Notes: a model not told the origin generated them from the letters alone. Counted from the first letter of the whole stretch, positions 35,850-47,071 are shown. The stretch: DNA of 63,911 bases, filler included, from Actinomycetota bacterium (GCA_025963875.1; 6 parts of 6 records of this genome joined end to end with filler, not necessarily neighbours in it), one strand, 5' to 3'. Made by a program: numbers and translations.

Positions 35850-36270
35850 CGTCGGAGAAAGGGGTCGCGATGTCGTCGGGCCGTGGGCCCCACTTGGACT
35901 ACTCCCCAGGGAACATTGGTGCCGAGCCCGCTACCCCACGGGGAGTAAACCGGGTCACCGCAAGTAGCCGAGCCGGTGACCCCCGGTTGCCGGCACTCGT
36001 TGCGCCGCTGTTCGACAACCGAAGGTCTGCGGGCCGGGGGCACCGAGGAGGTTCCGAAGGCGGGGCGTGCGGCGGCTGCCTGGTCCGGGGTCAGACCGCA
36101 CGGATGTTGCCCTCACAGCGGATGACACCTCCGGCGCAGCATCCTCCAGGAGCATGCAGCGATGCTCCTGCCGTGACCTCGGAGGGCATGGGCTGGTTGG
36201 CGCTGAAGGCGATGTGCGTTGCGGGCGCCGGGGATGCGCTTCGGCCAGGCGATTGGAATCTGAGGCGATC

Positions 36271-37479
36271 CTACCGATTCATGAAGTCAAGGTCGGCGTG
36301 CGGCCCAGCGACTCGGCGGTGCCACCCGCCCACGCGCGGTCCGGCAGGCCAGAGGCTGGTGAGGTCGACGGGCCGGAGCGGTTCCCGGTAGGCAGCATGA
36401 AGGACGGCGGCTACCGGCCCGCCGGCTTCGGCAAGGTTGACGAACCAGTCGATGCCCGCGCCGTAGGACCAGAGGTAGGACCGAAGCAGCGGGTTGACGC
36501 TGCGGTCTGTCAGGAGATCGGAGATGGCTTCGTCGTCCCAGAAGGGAGCGTGGTCGCGGGCGTAGGCGACCAGGCTCTCGATGGAGTCGCCCCGGTTGAC
36601 GGCCAGGTGGAGCTGCGCCCTGACAAGCTGGAGGTAGTGGCCCAGGCGCACGGTGGTGGTGAGGGCCTCGTCGCCGGGCGCAACGAACAGGGGGAGCGTC
36701 TGGGCAAGGCCCTCCAGGAGGGTCTGCTGCTGGGCGTGGACTGAGAAGAGCCGGACCCACGGCACGTCGTGGGTCCGGGAATGCTCGGCGATGCTCGCCG
36801 ACTGGAGGCCGTGGGCGAGCACCTCGTGGAGGGCGGCCTCGCGGCACCGGGTCCGGGTGAAGCGGGCCCGGCGGGTGTTGAGGCGCACGCGGATGTCGCC
36901 GCCGGAGCCGTCCAGCCAGTAGGTCCAGTAGGCGTCGACCTCGGCGGTCTCCACGGTGAGGGCGTAGGGGGCGGTGGCGCCGGTGGCCGCCCGGACGGCG
37001 GGCTCGAGCTCCTCTGCGGCCCTACGGATCTCGGCGGCGGCCTCCTCCGCCGAGACGGGGCCCTGCAACTCCCGAAGCTCATCCCACGTCTTCGGGCCCC
37101 AACCGATCCTGACTCCATCGAGGGCCTCCTGGATCTGAGCTCGCCGGGAGGCGATGTAGCCCGGCGGCCAGCCGGCGGCATCGCAGCCCTGCGTGCGACG
37201 GACGTAGTCATCCAGAGGAAGGTGCGCGCCGAGGAGGGCCGCCAGGTAGGTGGCGTCGGCCTGGGCCCGGTCGTGGACGTGCGAGGCCGCGGGGTCGGTC
37301 GCTCGTTGCAGCACGTCGAGGCACCGGTGGTAGGCCTCGAGCCGGCTCTCGACGGGGACGGCGTCCGTGAGGTCGGGGCGGAGGTCGAAGTCGATGACGG
37401 GGTTGGCCCCGCGGGCGATCTCGTAGGCGTTCCACCCCCGGAGGATTGCCTCCAGTTCGTCACGAAGAGCTTGGGTCAC
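36271..37479 (-). CDS. Hypothetical protein with zincin-like HExxxH...E motif
   Basis: ALHEVLAHGLQ and downstream LLEGLAQ; GC3-rich coding pattern; overlaps the upstream gene. Confidence 0.7.
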   Translation of the reverse strand: MTQALRDELEAILRGWNAYEIARGANPVIDFDLRPDLTDAVPVESRLEAYHRCLDVLQRATDPAASHVHDRAQADATYLAALLGAHLPLDDYVRRTQGCDAAGWPPGYIASRRAQIQEALDGVRIGWGPKTWDELRELQGPVSAEEAAAEIRRAAEELEPAVRAATGATAPYALTVETAEVDAYWTYWLDGSGGDIRVRLNTRRARFTRTRCREAALHEVLAHGLQSASIAEHSRTHDVPWVRLFSVHAQQQTLLEGLAQTLPLFVAPGDEALTTTVRLGHYLQLVRAQLHLAVNRGDSIESLVAYARDHAPFWDDEAISDLLTDRSVNPLLRSYLWSYGAGIDWFVNLAEAGGPVAAVLHAAYREPLRPVDLTSLWPAGPRVGGWHRRVAGPHADLDFMNR

Positions 37480-38554
37480 GGTCGATCTCCCATCGTAGGG
37501 TCAGCGCCTGATTGGAGTGGAGGTAATCCCTGGTCAGTGTCATGGTGACGTCGCCCCCCTCGTAGTCCCAGAGGATGTCGTCGGTTGCAACCACCTCCGA
37601 CCCGTGCGGCATCTCCTCGATGGCGCTGCACCGAAGCAGCGAAGCCTGCTCGTGGCGGATGTTCAGGGTGAGATGGCGGGTCGGGCGGGGAACGGTCTGA
37701 CGCCAGTAGAGCTCATCGAGGAAGCAGCCGCCGGTGCAACGGTACTCGAAGCGGGCTGTGTCGCCGGGCTCGATCGCGGGCGCAAACTGGCAGGCGAATT
37801 TGGACATGCTCGGTGCATCGTGGGTTCGCTGGATCATGACCTTGTGGTCATCGAGCGCCGTGGCCCAGATGGTGAGGGCCCTGCTGGTGTGCTTGAACCA
37901 GAACTCGAGTGGGAGGCGGCGCAACGGAATCGAGGTCAGGTTCAGGAGCTCGCGGTTGCAGGTCGCCACCGCTCCACCCGCGGCATCGATAGTGATGGCG
38001 ACGGCCACGCTCAGTTCCACGACGTGGCCGGCCAGGTTGGCGAGGAGGCGGGTCTCCTCGTCGGAGAGCCGGAGCGTCTTCTGGAGGGCGACGAGTTTGC
38101 GCCCGAGGTCGTGGGCCACATCGCCGTCCACCGTGTGCATCGCCTCGCTGAGCCGTGGTGGCAGGGTCGAGATGCGGGTACTGCCGGCCGCATCCCTTCG
38201 GAGCGGCACGCTCCAGGTCGCCTGCGGCTCGGGGCCTGCCAGCCCCTGGCGCAGCGCCTCGACCAGCTCGGCAGTCTTCGGCTGGGGCGAAGATCCGCCG
38301 TGGGACGACTCGGCGACCTGGAGGAGCTGCTCGGCCGTCCACCCGCGGAACATCCCTTCGAGGATGCGGCAGTGGTCCGGGTACGGCAAGCGCTGCACGC
38401 TCCCCGTCATCCACCGGTGCAGGGTCGCTCGGCTGGGCCACTTGCCCATCAGCGCCGGATCCAGCTCCTTGGCGACCCGATCGTACTCCCGGCAGAACGA
38501 CCCGTGCGTCTGGAGGTGCCGGCCCTGTAGCAGCGCTTTCAGATACGTGGCGAT
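37460..38554 (-). CDS. HTH (XRE-like) regulator with beta-rich C-terminal domain; probable non-canonical ATC start
   Basis: LKALLQGRHLQTHGSFCREYD...PSRATLHRWMTG...LPYPDHCRILEGMF resembles actinobacterial HTH domains; GAAGG precedes ATC 38554; first ATG is 38449. Confidence 0.7.
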   Translation of the reverse strand: MATYLKALLQGRHLQTHGSFCREYDRVAKELDPALMGKWPSRATLHRWMTGSVQRLPYPDHCRILEGMFRGWTAEQLLQVAESSHGGSSPQPKTAELVEALRQGLAGPEPQATWSVPLRRDAAGSTRISTLPPRLSEAMHTVDGDVAHDLGRKLVALQKTLRLSDEETRLLANLAGHVVELSVAVAITIDAAGGAVATCNRELLNLTSIPLRRLPLEFWFKHTSRALTIWATALDDHKVMIQRTHDAPSMSKFACQFAPAIEPGDTARFEYRCTGGCFLDELYWRQTVPRPTRHLTLNIRHEQASLLRCSAIEEMPHGSEVVATDDILWDYEGGDVTMTLTRDYLHSNQALTLRWEIDRDPSSS

Positions 38555-38921
38555 GGCGCCTTCTTCTGGTTGGTCGTCCTCGTGAGGCTAGCAGACATTG
38601 ATACAGAGATGAAACAACGCCGGTCGAGGCGAGCCTGAGTCGGAGTCGCGCTGAAACAGCCTTCATTTGGAGACTCCACATGACGTCGCCCACCGAGGGC
38701 GGCACTGACGAAGGAGGCACGAGATGAAGCAGCCGATCCACGCGACCCGATCACCTGCTCCCTCCCCCCAAGCCGATGATGATTCGCCTGGTCCAGCAAT
38801 CCAACTCGTTCCTTGCTCCAAACAGGGCGCAGCCCCCTTCGCTGGACCGTCTGGCGACGCTACGAAGTACAGCTTGAGAGCCCAGGGCCGCCTGGCTCGA
38901 TGGCCCGCTCGGTCGAACTCG

Positions 38922-39143
38922 ATGAAGCCACAACCGCATTTCCTCACGATTCGCTGGGAAGCCACGGCAGAGGACGGAACGCCGGTCACGCTGCAGGCGA
39001 CTCTCTGCAAGGCTCATCGTCAGGTGATCGCGCTCAAGTCCACCAGCGCCCGAGGTGTCCGCCGGCAGCTCGGCGAATCCTGTGACCTATGCAATGGCCG
39101 GGAACCCAAGGCTCTGGGAGGAGAGCCCCGCGACGGCCAATGA
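38922..39143 (+). CDS. Small hypothetical protein with CxxH...CxxC
   Basis: MKPQPHF...LCKAH...SCDLC; divergent from the HTH gene; no clear RBS. Confidence 0.35.
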   Translation: MKPQPHFLTIRWEATAEDGTPVTLQATLCKAHRQVIALKSTSARGVRRQLGESCDLCNGREPKALGGEPRDGQ

Positions 39144-39320
39144 CGGCTGCATTGCGAGCAGCCAGTGGACCTGCTTGCCGGGGGCCAACAATGAACAGAT
39201 AGCATTCACCAGATGAGCCTGCTCCAGGCAGCACAAGATCGAGGAAAGAGCGCTGGAGACAGGGGCCGTCCCGGCGGCCGAGGAGTGATGTGGCCCGGGC
39301 GGCTGTGCTATGAAGAGTAG

Positions 39321-39618
39321 GTGAGCACCGGCCACATCGTCCCTGGATGGGATTCGACCAACGAGCCGCCTGCCAGCGAAGCTGGCGGCAGGCCGGTGCC
39401 GCCCGAACCAAGCCACGCCGAGCGCGCTCGCACGCTGGTCGCAGGCCAATCCCGAGGCGCGCTGTCCACCGTCGCAGTGACGCCGGCCGGTACCCCGTTC
39501 GGTTCTGTGGTCACGTACGGGCTGGACCCGGTCGGGCAGCCCTGGTTCTTCGTGAGCACGATGGCCGAGCACACCCGCAACCTCGACGCCGACCCCCGTG
39601 CCAGCCTGCTGGTGGTCG
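39321..39618 (+). CDS. HugZ/pyridoxamine 5'-phosphate oxidase-like protein, 3'-partial
   Basis: AERARTLV, ALST, PFGS, STMAEHTRNL..DPRASLLV. Confidence 0.85.
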
Positions 39619-39718
39619 NNNNNNNNNNNNNNNNNNNNNNNNNNNNNNNNNNNNNNNNNNNNTTAATTAATTAANNNNNNNNNNNNNNNNNNNNNNNNNN
39701 NNNNNNNNNNNNNNNNNN
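39619..39718. other. Artificial contig linker
   Basis: N-run with TTAATTAATTAA. Confidence 0.99.
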
Positions 39719-39863
39719 CATCCGAGCCGACCTCCTTCGCCGTCTCGGGCGCGACGCGGAGGCGATCCTCTCGTACGACGCCGGGATCGCCCTGACGGCC
39801 AACATGGCGGAACGCAGCTTCCTGGAGCTGCGAAGAAACTCCATCTTCCCGAGAAGGTCGTAG
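39719..39863 (+). CDS. C-terminal TPR-like tail of an ECF sigma factor, 5'-partial
   Basis: Hand translation IRADLLRRLGRDAEAILSYDAGIALTANMAERSFLELRR...stop. Confidence 0.65.
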
Positions 39864-39992
39864 CGGCGGAACGGGGCCGGGCCAGCACGGCCCGTTTGAA
39901 CTCCCGGGGCCCGGCAGTATCTCCCGGTCGTCACTCCAGAAGGAAGAAGGAGAAGAAACTTCAGTAATGGTCCACCCGATGACGGGCAAGCT

Positions 39993-40289
39993 CTATGAGC
40001 CGTTTATCGGCGGACGCACGAAGATGACGCTGCCGGAGAGGTGATTGGCAGCGTCACTGCACAGGAAAGCGGTCAGCGCCACAAGGTCCTCCGGTTGGCC
40101 GATCCGCCCGCCAGGGTAGTGGGCGGCGACGCGCTCGATGTGGTCGTCGTTGACGATGTCGCGCATGCCCGGGGTGGAGGTCAGGCCGGGAGCCAGGGCG
40201 ACGGTGCGGATGCCGTCGTTGGCGAGTTCTTGGTGCGCGACGTTGGCCAGGATGTTCACGGCCGCCTTGGTGCCGCCGTAGGGAGCCAT
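39993..40289 (-). pseudogene. SDR oxidoreductase C-terminal fragment
   Basis: YGGTK, GIRTVALAPG, RIGQPED, FLCSD..LSG present; Rossmann N-terminus missing, in-frame stop just upstream. Confidence 0.75.
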
Positions 40290-40641
40290 CCCGGGACCGG
40301 CCTAATAGAAAGCCAAATGATCGAAAGTTACTCAGAAGTGAACTGGGGAGCATTTACCCCAATCGTATTGACTGCTTGGATCTAGGGTGTAGAGTCCACA
40401 TTGGCATGTGAAGCATCCCCTCATCGTGTTTGGACTCTGCTAGCGACACTTGGCAGCCTCCGGGAGCGTTGCTCGGGACCGTGGTGGCGCAATGTCGGCA
40501 GTCCAGCGAGATGCCTGGTTCGGGCAGGACGACCGTATCGTACACCTACCGTGGGGCCTGGTTGTACGCCGTGTAGCTCGAGCGGCTGGCCAGCACTCCG
40601 GCGGATCCATCCGTTGTTAACGCATCGAGGAGGGAGTTCAG

Positions 40642-41388
40642 ATGAGCTCCGCCAGAAAGACCGCACTCGTTACGGGAATACTCTTCCTTCTCACCTTTGT
40701 CTTCTCGATCGCAGCAGTGCTTCTCTACGGCCCTGTGTTGCACAACGCCAACTACATCGTCGGTGCCGGTGCCGACGCGCGCTTGAGGTGGGGGGCGTTG
40801 TTCGAGATCATGCTCGTCATCTCCGCTATCGGTACGGCCATCGTGCTGTATCCCATCCTCAAGCGGCAGAGCGAGGGGGTTGCCCTCGCCTATGTCGCCG
40901 CTCGGATCGTTGAAAACATGATCATCATCGTCGGCATCCTCAGCCTCCTTGCGGTCGTGACCTTGCGGCACGCCGGAGCTACCGGTGCGGATGCCGCCTC
41001 ACTCGTCATCGCCGGCAAGTCGCTGGTCGCCATCCACAAATGGACGTTTCTGCTTGGGCCGGGCCTTCTCGGTGCCGGCGTCGGGAACGGGATGTTGCTG
41101 GGCTGGCTGATGTACCGGTCCGGCCTCGTGCCTCGGCGACTGGCCATGCTGGGGCTCATCGGTGGCCCGCTGGTCGTTGCGTCGGGGATCGCCGTGCTGT
41201 TCGGCGCCTATGAGCAAACCTCCAAGTTGTCGGGCATCGCGACAATCCCCGAGATCCTCTGGGAGGGCGGGGTGCTCGGCATCTGGCTCATCGTCAAGGG
41301 ATTCAAGCCGTCCCCTATCACCTCTGGCGACAGCCGGCACGTCGGAGTGGATGAGGGTTCCCGGGTCTCTGCGGCGGCTGCCGCGTAG
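40642..41388 (+). CDS. DUF4386-like membrane protein
   Basis: TALVTGILFL, LYPILK, YVAARIVE, MYRSGLVPR, WLIVKGF; GGAGG RBS. Confidence 0.82.
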   Translation: MSSARKTALVTGILFLLTFVFSIAAVLLYGPVLHNANYIVGAGADARLRWGALFEIMLVISAIGTAIVLYPILKRQSEGVALAYVAARIVENMIIIVGILSLLAVVTLRHAGATGADAASLVIAGKSLVAIHKWTFLLGPGLLGAGVGNGMLLGWLMYRSGLVPRRLAMLGLIGGPLVVASGIAVLFGAYEQTSKLSGIATIPEILWEGGVLGIWLIVKGFKPSPITSGDSRHVGVDEGSRVSAAAAA

Positions 41389-41456
41389 TCCCGTCGTCAA
41401 CCGAGTCTCCGGGAGCGAAGAAGCCCGCCACGACAAACGAAGGAGCCATCGTGTCA

Positions 41457-42047
41457 ATGTCCGCCCCATATCCCGTGCAGCTGGACTTCCAGGCCGACCT
41501 TCACATCACGCGGTGGCGGCCCTTGGTGCAGTGGCTGCTGGCCATCCCGCACCTGTTGATCGCATCGGTCCTCCGCTCGCTTCGGCAGGTGCTCACGCTG
41601 ATCAGCCTCTTCACCGTGCTGTTCACCGAGCAGATCCCGCGACCGCTCTTCGACGCCATCGTCATGACCTACCGCTACGAGTGGCGGGCGATGAGCTACG
41701 CATTCTTCATGCACGAGGACTACCCGCCGTTCGATTTCGACCTGTCCTCCGAAGACGACGGGGTGGAGCCCCACACGTCGCTGCGCCTGTCCTACCCCGA
41801 GCACCTCGACCGATGGAAGCCGCTGTACAAATGGTTCCTGGCCATTCCCCACCTCTTCGTGCTAGCCGGCCTCGCCATCGTGGCGGTGTTGGGTATCATC
41901 GGCGGCTTCTTCGCGGTGCTCTTCACCGGTGCGTACCCAGAGGGTATCCGGGACTTTTTGGTCAGTTCCTACCGCTACGCGCTCCGGGTGGAGGCCTATG
42001 TCGGCTTCCTCACCGATAGCTACCCTCCCTTCAGCCTCACAGCTTAA
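41457..42047 (+). CDS. DUF4389-like membrane protein
   Basis: Twofold repeat RW.PL..W.LAIPH...VLFT...YPPF. Confidence 0.85.
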   Translation: MSAPYPVQLDFQADLHITRWRPLVQWLLAIPHLLIASVLRSLRQVLTLISLFTVLFTEQIPRPLFDAIVMTYRYEWRAMSYAFFMHEDYPPFDFDLSSEDDGVEPHTSLRLSYPEHLDRWKPLYKWFLAIPHLFVLAGLAIVAVLGIIGGFFAVLFTGAYPEGIRDFLVSSYRYALRVEAYVGFLTDSYPPFSLTA

Positions 42048-42076
42048 AGATATTCGCCGAGCCTTCCTGCTGATGT

Positions 42077-42115
42077 TTGCGCCAGAAACCGCGGCTGCCA
42101 CGGTTTCTGGCGCAA
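42077..42115. repeat. REP-like palindrome, family B copy 2
   Basis: Perfect 15-bp arms TTGCGCCAGAAACCG / CGGTTTCTGGCGCAA. Confidence 0.85.
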
Positions 42116-42338
42116 TCTGGCCTCAGTCCCTCCCTGTTCCACCCGCGCCCTGAGGCGCGCGCCATGCCTCGCGGGCGTTCGGCAGCTCGATCGGCAGGAC
42201 GACGAACCAGGACAGCGGCGCCTGGGCCTGACCCCTGCCGGGCGCTACCGTCCGGGGATTCTCCGCGTCGGACACGGCAAATCCGCCGGACTTCGAGCGG
42301 TGCTGACGTCCCAGGCAGAAGCCCAGCCTTGCTGCCCG

Positions 42339-42469
42339 GCCCCTTGCCCGAAGTTGGGAGCGAATCGCGCGCATACGCGCGCTAGGCTCCCAACCTCCTC
42401 CCCCGCCCCCTGGGTGGCGCGGAGCTCCCGAAAAGCCATACCCCCGGCTCGCCATCTTGCGACAGGCTC
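42339..42469 (+). repeat. Non-coding direct repeat, left copy (contains a family A hairpin)
   Basis: 42339-42423 matches 44079-44163 at 68/85 ungapped; similarity continues through CCGGCTC.CCAT..TGCGACAG.CTC. Confidence 0.8.
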
Positions 42470-42539
42470 TGAGCGGGCAAAATTTGAAGCGCCTCGCGAC
42501 AGTCGCTCCGATTTGCTGTCTTGCGAGAAGCTGCCCTGC

Positions 42540-43055
42540 CTCGGCGACGGCGCTGTCGGCTTGTGCGGGGTGATCGCCGCCCGCTGCCTCGGCGCCGAGC
42601 GGATCATCATCCTGGGACGGCACCCCGACCGGATCGCCCTGGCGAACGAGTTCGGCACCACCGACGTCGTCAGCGAGCGAGGCGACGAGGCAATCCAGCG
42701 CGTGCGCGAGCTCACCGGCGGCTTCGGCGTCCATTCCGTCCTCGAGTGCGTCGGCCTCGAACAGTCGATGCGCACGGCGCTCGGCATCGCCCGTCCCGGC
42801 GGCGCGGTCGTGCGCGTCGGTCTTCCTCAGGGTGCGTCGATCCCCGAGGCGCTGCCGACCTTCTTCGACAGCGTCACCATCGCCGGCGGCCCCGCTCCGG
42901 CGCGCGCGTACAGCAACGAGCTGCTACCGGACGTCCTCGACGGCACGATCGAGCCCGGCCGGGTCTTCGATCGGGTCGCGCGTCTGGACGAGGTGCCCGA
43001 TGGGTACCGCGCTATGAACGAACGGGAAACCACCAAGGTTCTGATCGAGCTCTGA
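42540..43055 (+). pseudogene. Zn-dependent alcohol dehydrogenase, C-terminal half only
   Basis: GDGAVGL, VLECVG, GGPAP, LDEVPDGYRAM; catalytic N-terminal domain absent. Confidence 0.8.
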
Positions 43056-43071
43056 CAAAGGAGAGGCGCCG

Positions 43072-44060
<989 letters not shown>

Positions 44061-44078
44061 TAGGGAGCGGGCGGGCGA

Positions 44079-44215
44079 GCCCCTGGCCCGAACTTAGGGC
44101 CCCAGCGCGCGTATATGCGCGCTTGGCTCCTAACCTTCTACCTCGGCCCCTGGCTGGCGCGGAAGACCGGAGAAGCCGTTCCCGGGAATCCGGCTCTCCA
44201 TTGTGCGACAGCCTC
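44079..44215 (+). repeat. Non-coding direct repeat, right copy (contains a family A hairpin)
   Basis: Aligns to 42339-42469. Confidence 0.8.
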
Positions 44216-44238
44216 CTACGGTGAGACATCCTCCATAC

Positions 44239-44889
44239 CTATTCGGGCTGATCCGGATCAACTGGCAGCACGAGGATCACCACCACCCGGCGCGGCCCGT
44301 GCACGCCCTCGACTCGGTTGAGCTCGATGTCGCTGGTGGCCGACGGACCGCTGATGAAGGTCATCGCCCGGCGGGGATCCAGGCGGGCAACGGCCTCGGG
44401 GACCGTCCCCACGACCTGCCCGGCCCCCACGACGCACACGTGCAGGTCCGGCAGGAGCGTGACCGCCCGCCGGCCCTGGTCGGCCGACCCGTCGAGCACC
44501 AGGGTCCCGGTCTCCGCGATCGCCAGCGCACAGGCGGTGACCACGGCGTCCGTCGTGTCGAGGGTCGCCGGAGTCAGGGACGGGTCATCCACGACGAGCT
44601 CGGCGTCGACCTTGCTCACCCATCCTCGGTCCAGCTCCGGCGGGATGACGACCCGGGCCACGCCTTCACCCAGGACCGCAGCGACAGCGTCCGGGAGCGA
44701 CGCCGGCGTCGCCCGCACGAAACCTGCCCGATAGTCGAGCGTCCGCTCCTCGAGGAGATCGAGCAGCGTCGGTGCGCCAGGTTCGTGCACGCCTCGCCGC
44801 CGGTAGGCCCGGGGGATCTCCGGAGGCACAGAACCCGAACCCAGCGCGGATCGGATGCGCCCGAGCACTTCCTCGCGGGCTGCCCTCAC
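44239..44889 (-). CDS. lutC: Lactate utilization protein C (LUD domain)
   Basis: AIAETGT, GRRAVTLLPDLH, ISGPSATSDIE..RVEGVHGP; GTGA overlap. Confidence 0.9.
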   Translation of the reverse strand: MRAAREEVLGRIRSALGSGSVPPEIPRAYRRRGVHEPGAPTLLDLLEERTLDYRAGFVRATPASLPDAVAAVLGEGVARVVIPPELDRGWVSKVDAELVVDDPSLTPATLDTTDAVVTACALAIAETGTLVLDGSADQGRRAVTLLPDLHVCVVGAGQVVGTVPEAVARLDPRRAMTFISGPSATSDIELNRVEGVHGPRRVVVILVLPVDPDQPE

Positions 44890-46337
44890 CGATCGTCCTG
44901 GGGATGGTTCTCTGCCCACCACTCCCGGAAGGTGTGTCTGGGCGGCGCCGTCAGGTCCCGGCTCGATGTCCAGGCCGACAGCGGGGGCGGCAGGCGCCGG
45001 ATCCAACCGCCGCGGCTGAGCAGGCGACCCAGGCGCGTGATGCGCTGCAGCAGGCCCCACCGGCGAGGTTCGCGCATCGCCCATGCCGTGGCCCCCATGA
45101 CGACCGCCTCGGGGCTGGGCACGGGACCCGAGGCCTCGACGTGGCGGGCCCGAAGGTGGACCAGCACCCGGGGGATGTCGATCTTGACGGGACACACCTC
45201 GTAGCAGGCGCCGCAGAGCGTCGAGGCGAACGGCAGGGAAGGGCTGCGCTCGATGCCAGTGAGCTGCGGTGTGAGCACCGCCCCGATCGGCCCGGGATAC
45301 ACCGATCCGTAGGCGTGGCCGCCGGTCCGCTCGTAGACAGGGCACACGTTGAGGCAGGCGCTGCAGCGGATGCAGTGCAGCACCTCGCGGCCAACCTCGT
45401 CGGCGAGCGTGGCGGTACGCCCGTTGTCCAGCAGCACCAGGTGGAAGGCCTGCGGCCCGTCGCCCGCGGTGACGCCGGTCCACATCGACGTGTAGGGGTT
45501 CATCCGCTCGCCGGTCGAGGAGCGGGGGAGCAGCTGCAGGAACACCTCCATGTCGCCCCATGTGGGGACGACCTTCTCGATGCCCATCACGGTGATCAGG
45601 GTCTCCGGCAGCGTGAGGCACATGCGGCCGTTGCCCTCCGACTCCACCACGACGAGCGTGCCGGTCTCGGCAACGCCGAAGTTGGCGCCGCTGATGGCGA
45701 CCGTCGCCTCGAGGAATCTCCTGCGCAGGTGCAGGCGGGCTGCCTCGGCGAGCACGTGCGGCTCGTCGGTCAGGTGGGGGTCCACCCCGGGCATCTCGCG
45801 GAGGAAGATGTCCCGGATCTCGCTGCGGTTGCGGTGGATGGCGGGCACCAGGATGTGCGAGGGGAAGTCGTGGCCGAGCTGCACGATCAGCTCGGCGAGG
45901 TCGGTCTCGTAGGGGGCGATGCCGGCGGCCTCGAGCGCCTCGTTGAGGCCGATCTCCTGGGTGGCCATCGACTTCACCTTGACGACGCTTCTCGCCCCGG
46001 TCGCGGTGACCAGTTCGGTGACGATGCCGCTGGCCTCGGTCGCGTCTCGTGCCCAGTGCACGACGCCGCCGCGCGAAGCCACCTCTCGCTCGAGCTGCTC
46101 GAGCAGTTCCGGCAGCCGGTTCATAGCCGACGCCTTGATCTGCCGGCCCGCCTCGCGCAGCTCCTCCCAGTCCTCGACCTCCGCCACGACGCTTGCCCGC
46201 TTCGCGCGGATGGTGCCCGTTGCAGCCCGCAGGTTCCGGCGAAGCTGGGTGTCACCGAGCGCCAGCCGGGCGGCATCCGGGAAGGACATGCCGTTCGACA
46301 ACCCGCCGACGCCGGCCGGCGCGGTCGGGGGGGTCAC
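44886..46337 (-). CDS. lutB: Lactate utilization Fe-S protein B
   Basis: KVKSM, ETDLAELIVQ, SHILVPAIH, CIRCSACLNVCPV, STLCGACYEVCPV. Confidence 0.94.
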   Translation of the reverse strand: MTPPTAPAGVGGLSNGMSFPDAARLALGDTQLRRNLRAATGTIRAKRASVVAEVEDWEELREAGRQIKASAMNRLPELLEQLEREVASRGGVVHWARDATEASGIVTELVTATGARSVVKVKSMATQEIGLNEALEAAGIAPYETDLAELIVQLGHDFPSHILVPAIHRNRSEIRDIFLREMPGVDPHLTDEPHVLAEAARLHLRRRFLEATVAISGANFGVAETGTLVVVESEGNGRMCLTLPETLITVMGIEKVVPTWGDMEVFLQLLPRSSTGERMNPYTSMWTGVTAGDGPQAFHLVLLDNGRTATLADEVGREVLHCIRCSACLNVCPVYERTGGHAYGSVYPGPIGAVLTPQLTGIERSPSLPFASTLCGACYEVCPVKIDIPRVLVHLRARHVEASGPVPSPEAVVMGATAWAMREPRRWGLLQRITRLGRLLSRGGWIRRLPPPLSAWTSSRDLTAPPRHTFREWWAENHPQDDR

Positions 46338-47071
46338 GGCTCCCGGCCCGTGGCGGCGAGGATCTCCGCCAGGTGGACGGTGCCCACCCCGGTCCGCAGC
46401 CGCGAGAGGCCCCCGCCGATGTGCATGAGGCACGAGGAGTCGCCCGCCGTGCACACCTCCGCCCGCGTGCCGAGGACGTCGCGCATCTTGTCCGCGAGCA
46501 TCGCCGTGGAGGTGGGGGCGTTCTTCACGGCGAACGTCCCGCCGAAGCCGCAGCACTCCTCGGCGTTGGGCAGCTCCACCAGGTCGATCCCCCGGACCCG
46601 GCGCAGCAGGCGCAGCGGCTTGTCGCCGACGTGCAGCATCCTGAGCGAGTGGCAGGTCGGGTGGTACGTGACCCGGTGCGGGTAGCTGGCCCCCACGTCC
46701 TCGACGCCCAGCACGTCGACGAGGAACTCCGAGAGCTCGTAGGTGCGGGCGGCCACGGCCTCGGCCGCCGCCGCCAGCGAAGGCTGGCCGGCACGGCGGG
46801 CGACCAGGGCGTGCTGGTGGCGGATCGCCCCGACGCACGACGCCGACGGGACGACGATGAGGTCATAGGGAGAGAAGACCTCCACATGGTGGCGGATGAG
46901 CGCGACCGCCTCCTTCTGGTAGCCGGTGTTGATGTGCATCTGCCCGCAGCAGGTCTGGCCAGCCGGGAAGACGACCTCGTGGCCGAGACGCTCCAGCAGC
47001 CGGACGGTCGACCGCCCGACCGACGGGTACAGCGTGTCGCCGAGGCAGGTGACGAACAGGGCGACTTGCAT
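46334..47071 (-). CDS. lutA: Lactate utilization protein A (CCG domains)
   Basis: FVTC, QTCCGQ, HPTCH, ECCGFGGTF, DSSCLMHI. Confidence 0.94.
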   Translation of the reverse strand: MQVALFVTCLGDTLYPSVGRSTVRLLERLGHEVVFPAGQTCCGQMHINTGYQKEAVALIRHHVEVFSPYDLIVVPSASCVGAIRHQHALVARRAGQPSLAAAAEAVAARTYELSEFLVDVLGVEDVGASYPHRVTYHPTCHSLRMLHVGDKPLRLLRRVRGIDLVELPNAEECCGFGGTFAVKNAPTSTAMLADKMRDVLGTRAEVCTAGDSSCLMHIGGGLSRLRTGVGTVHLAEILAATGREP

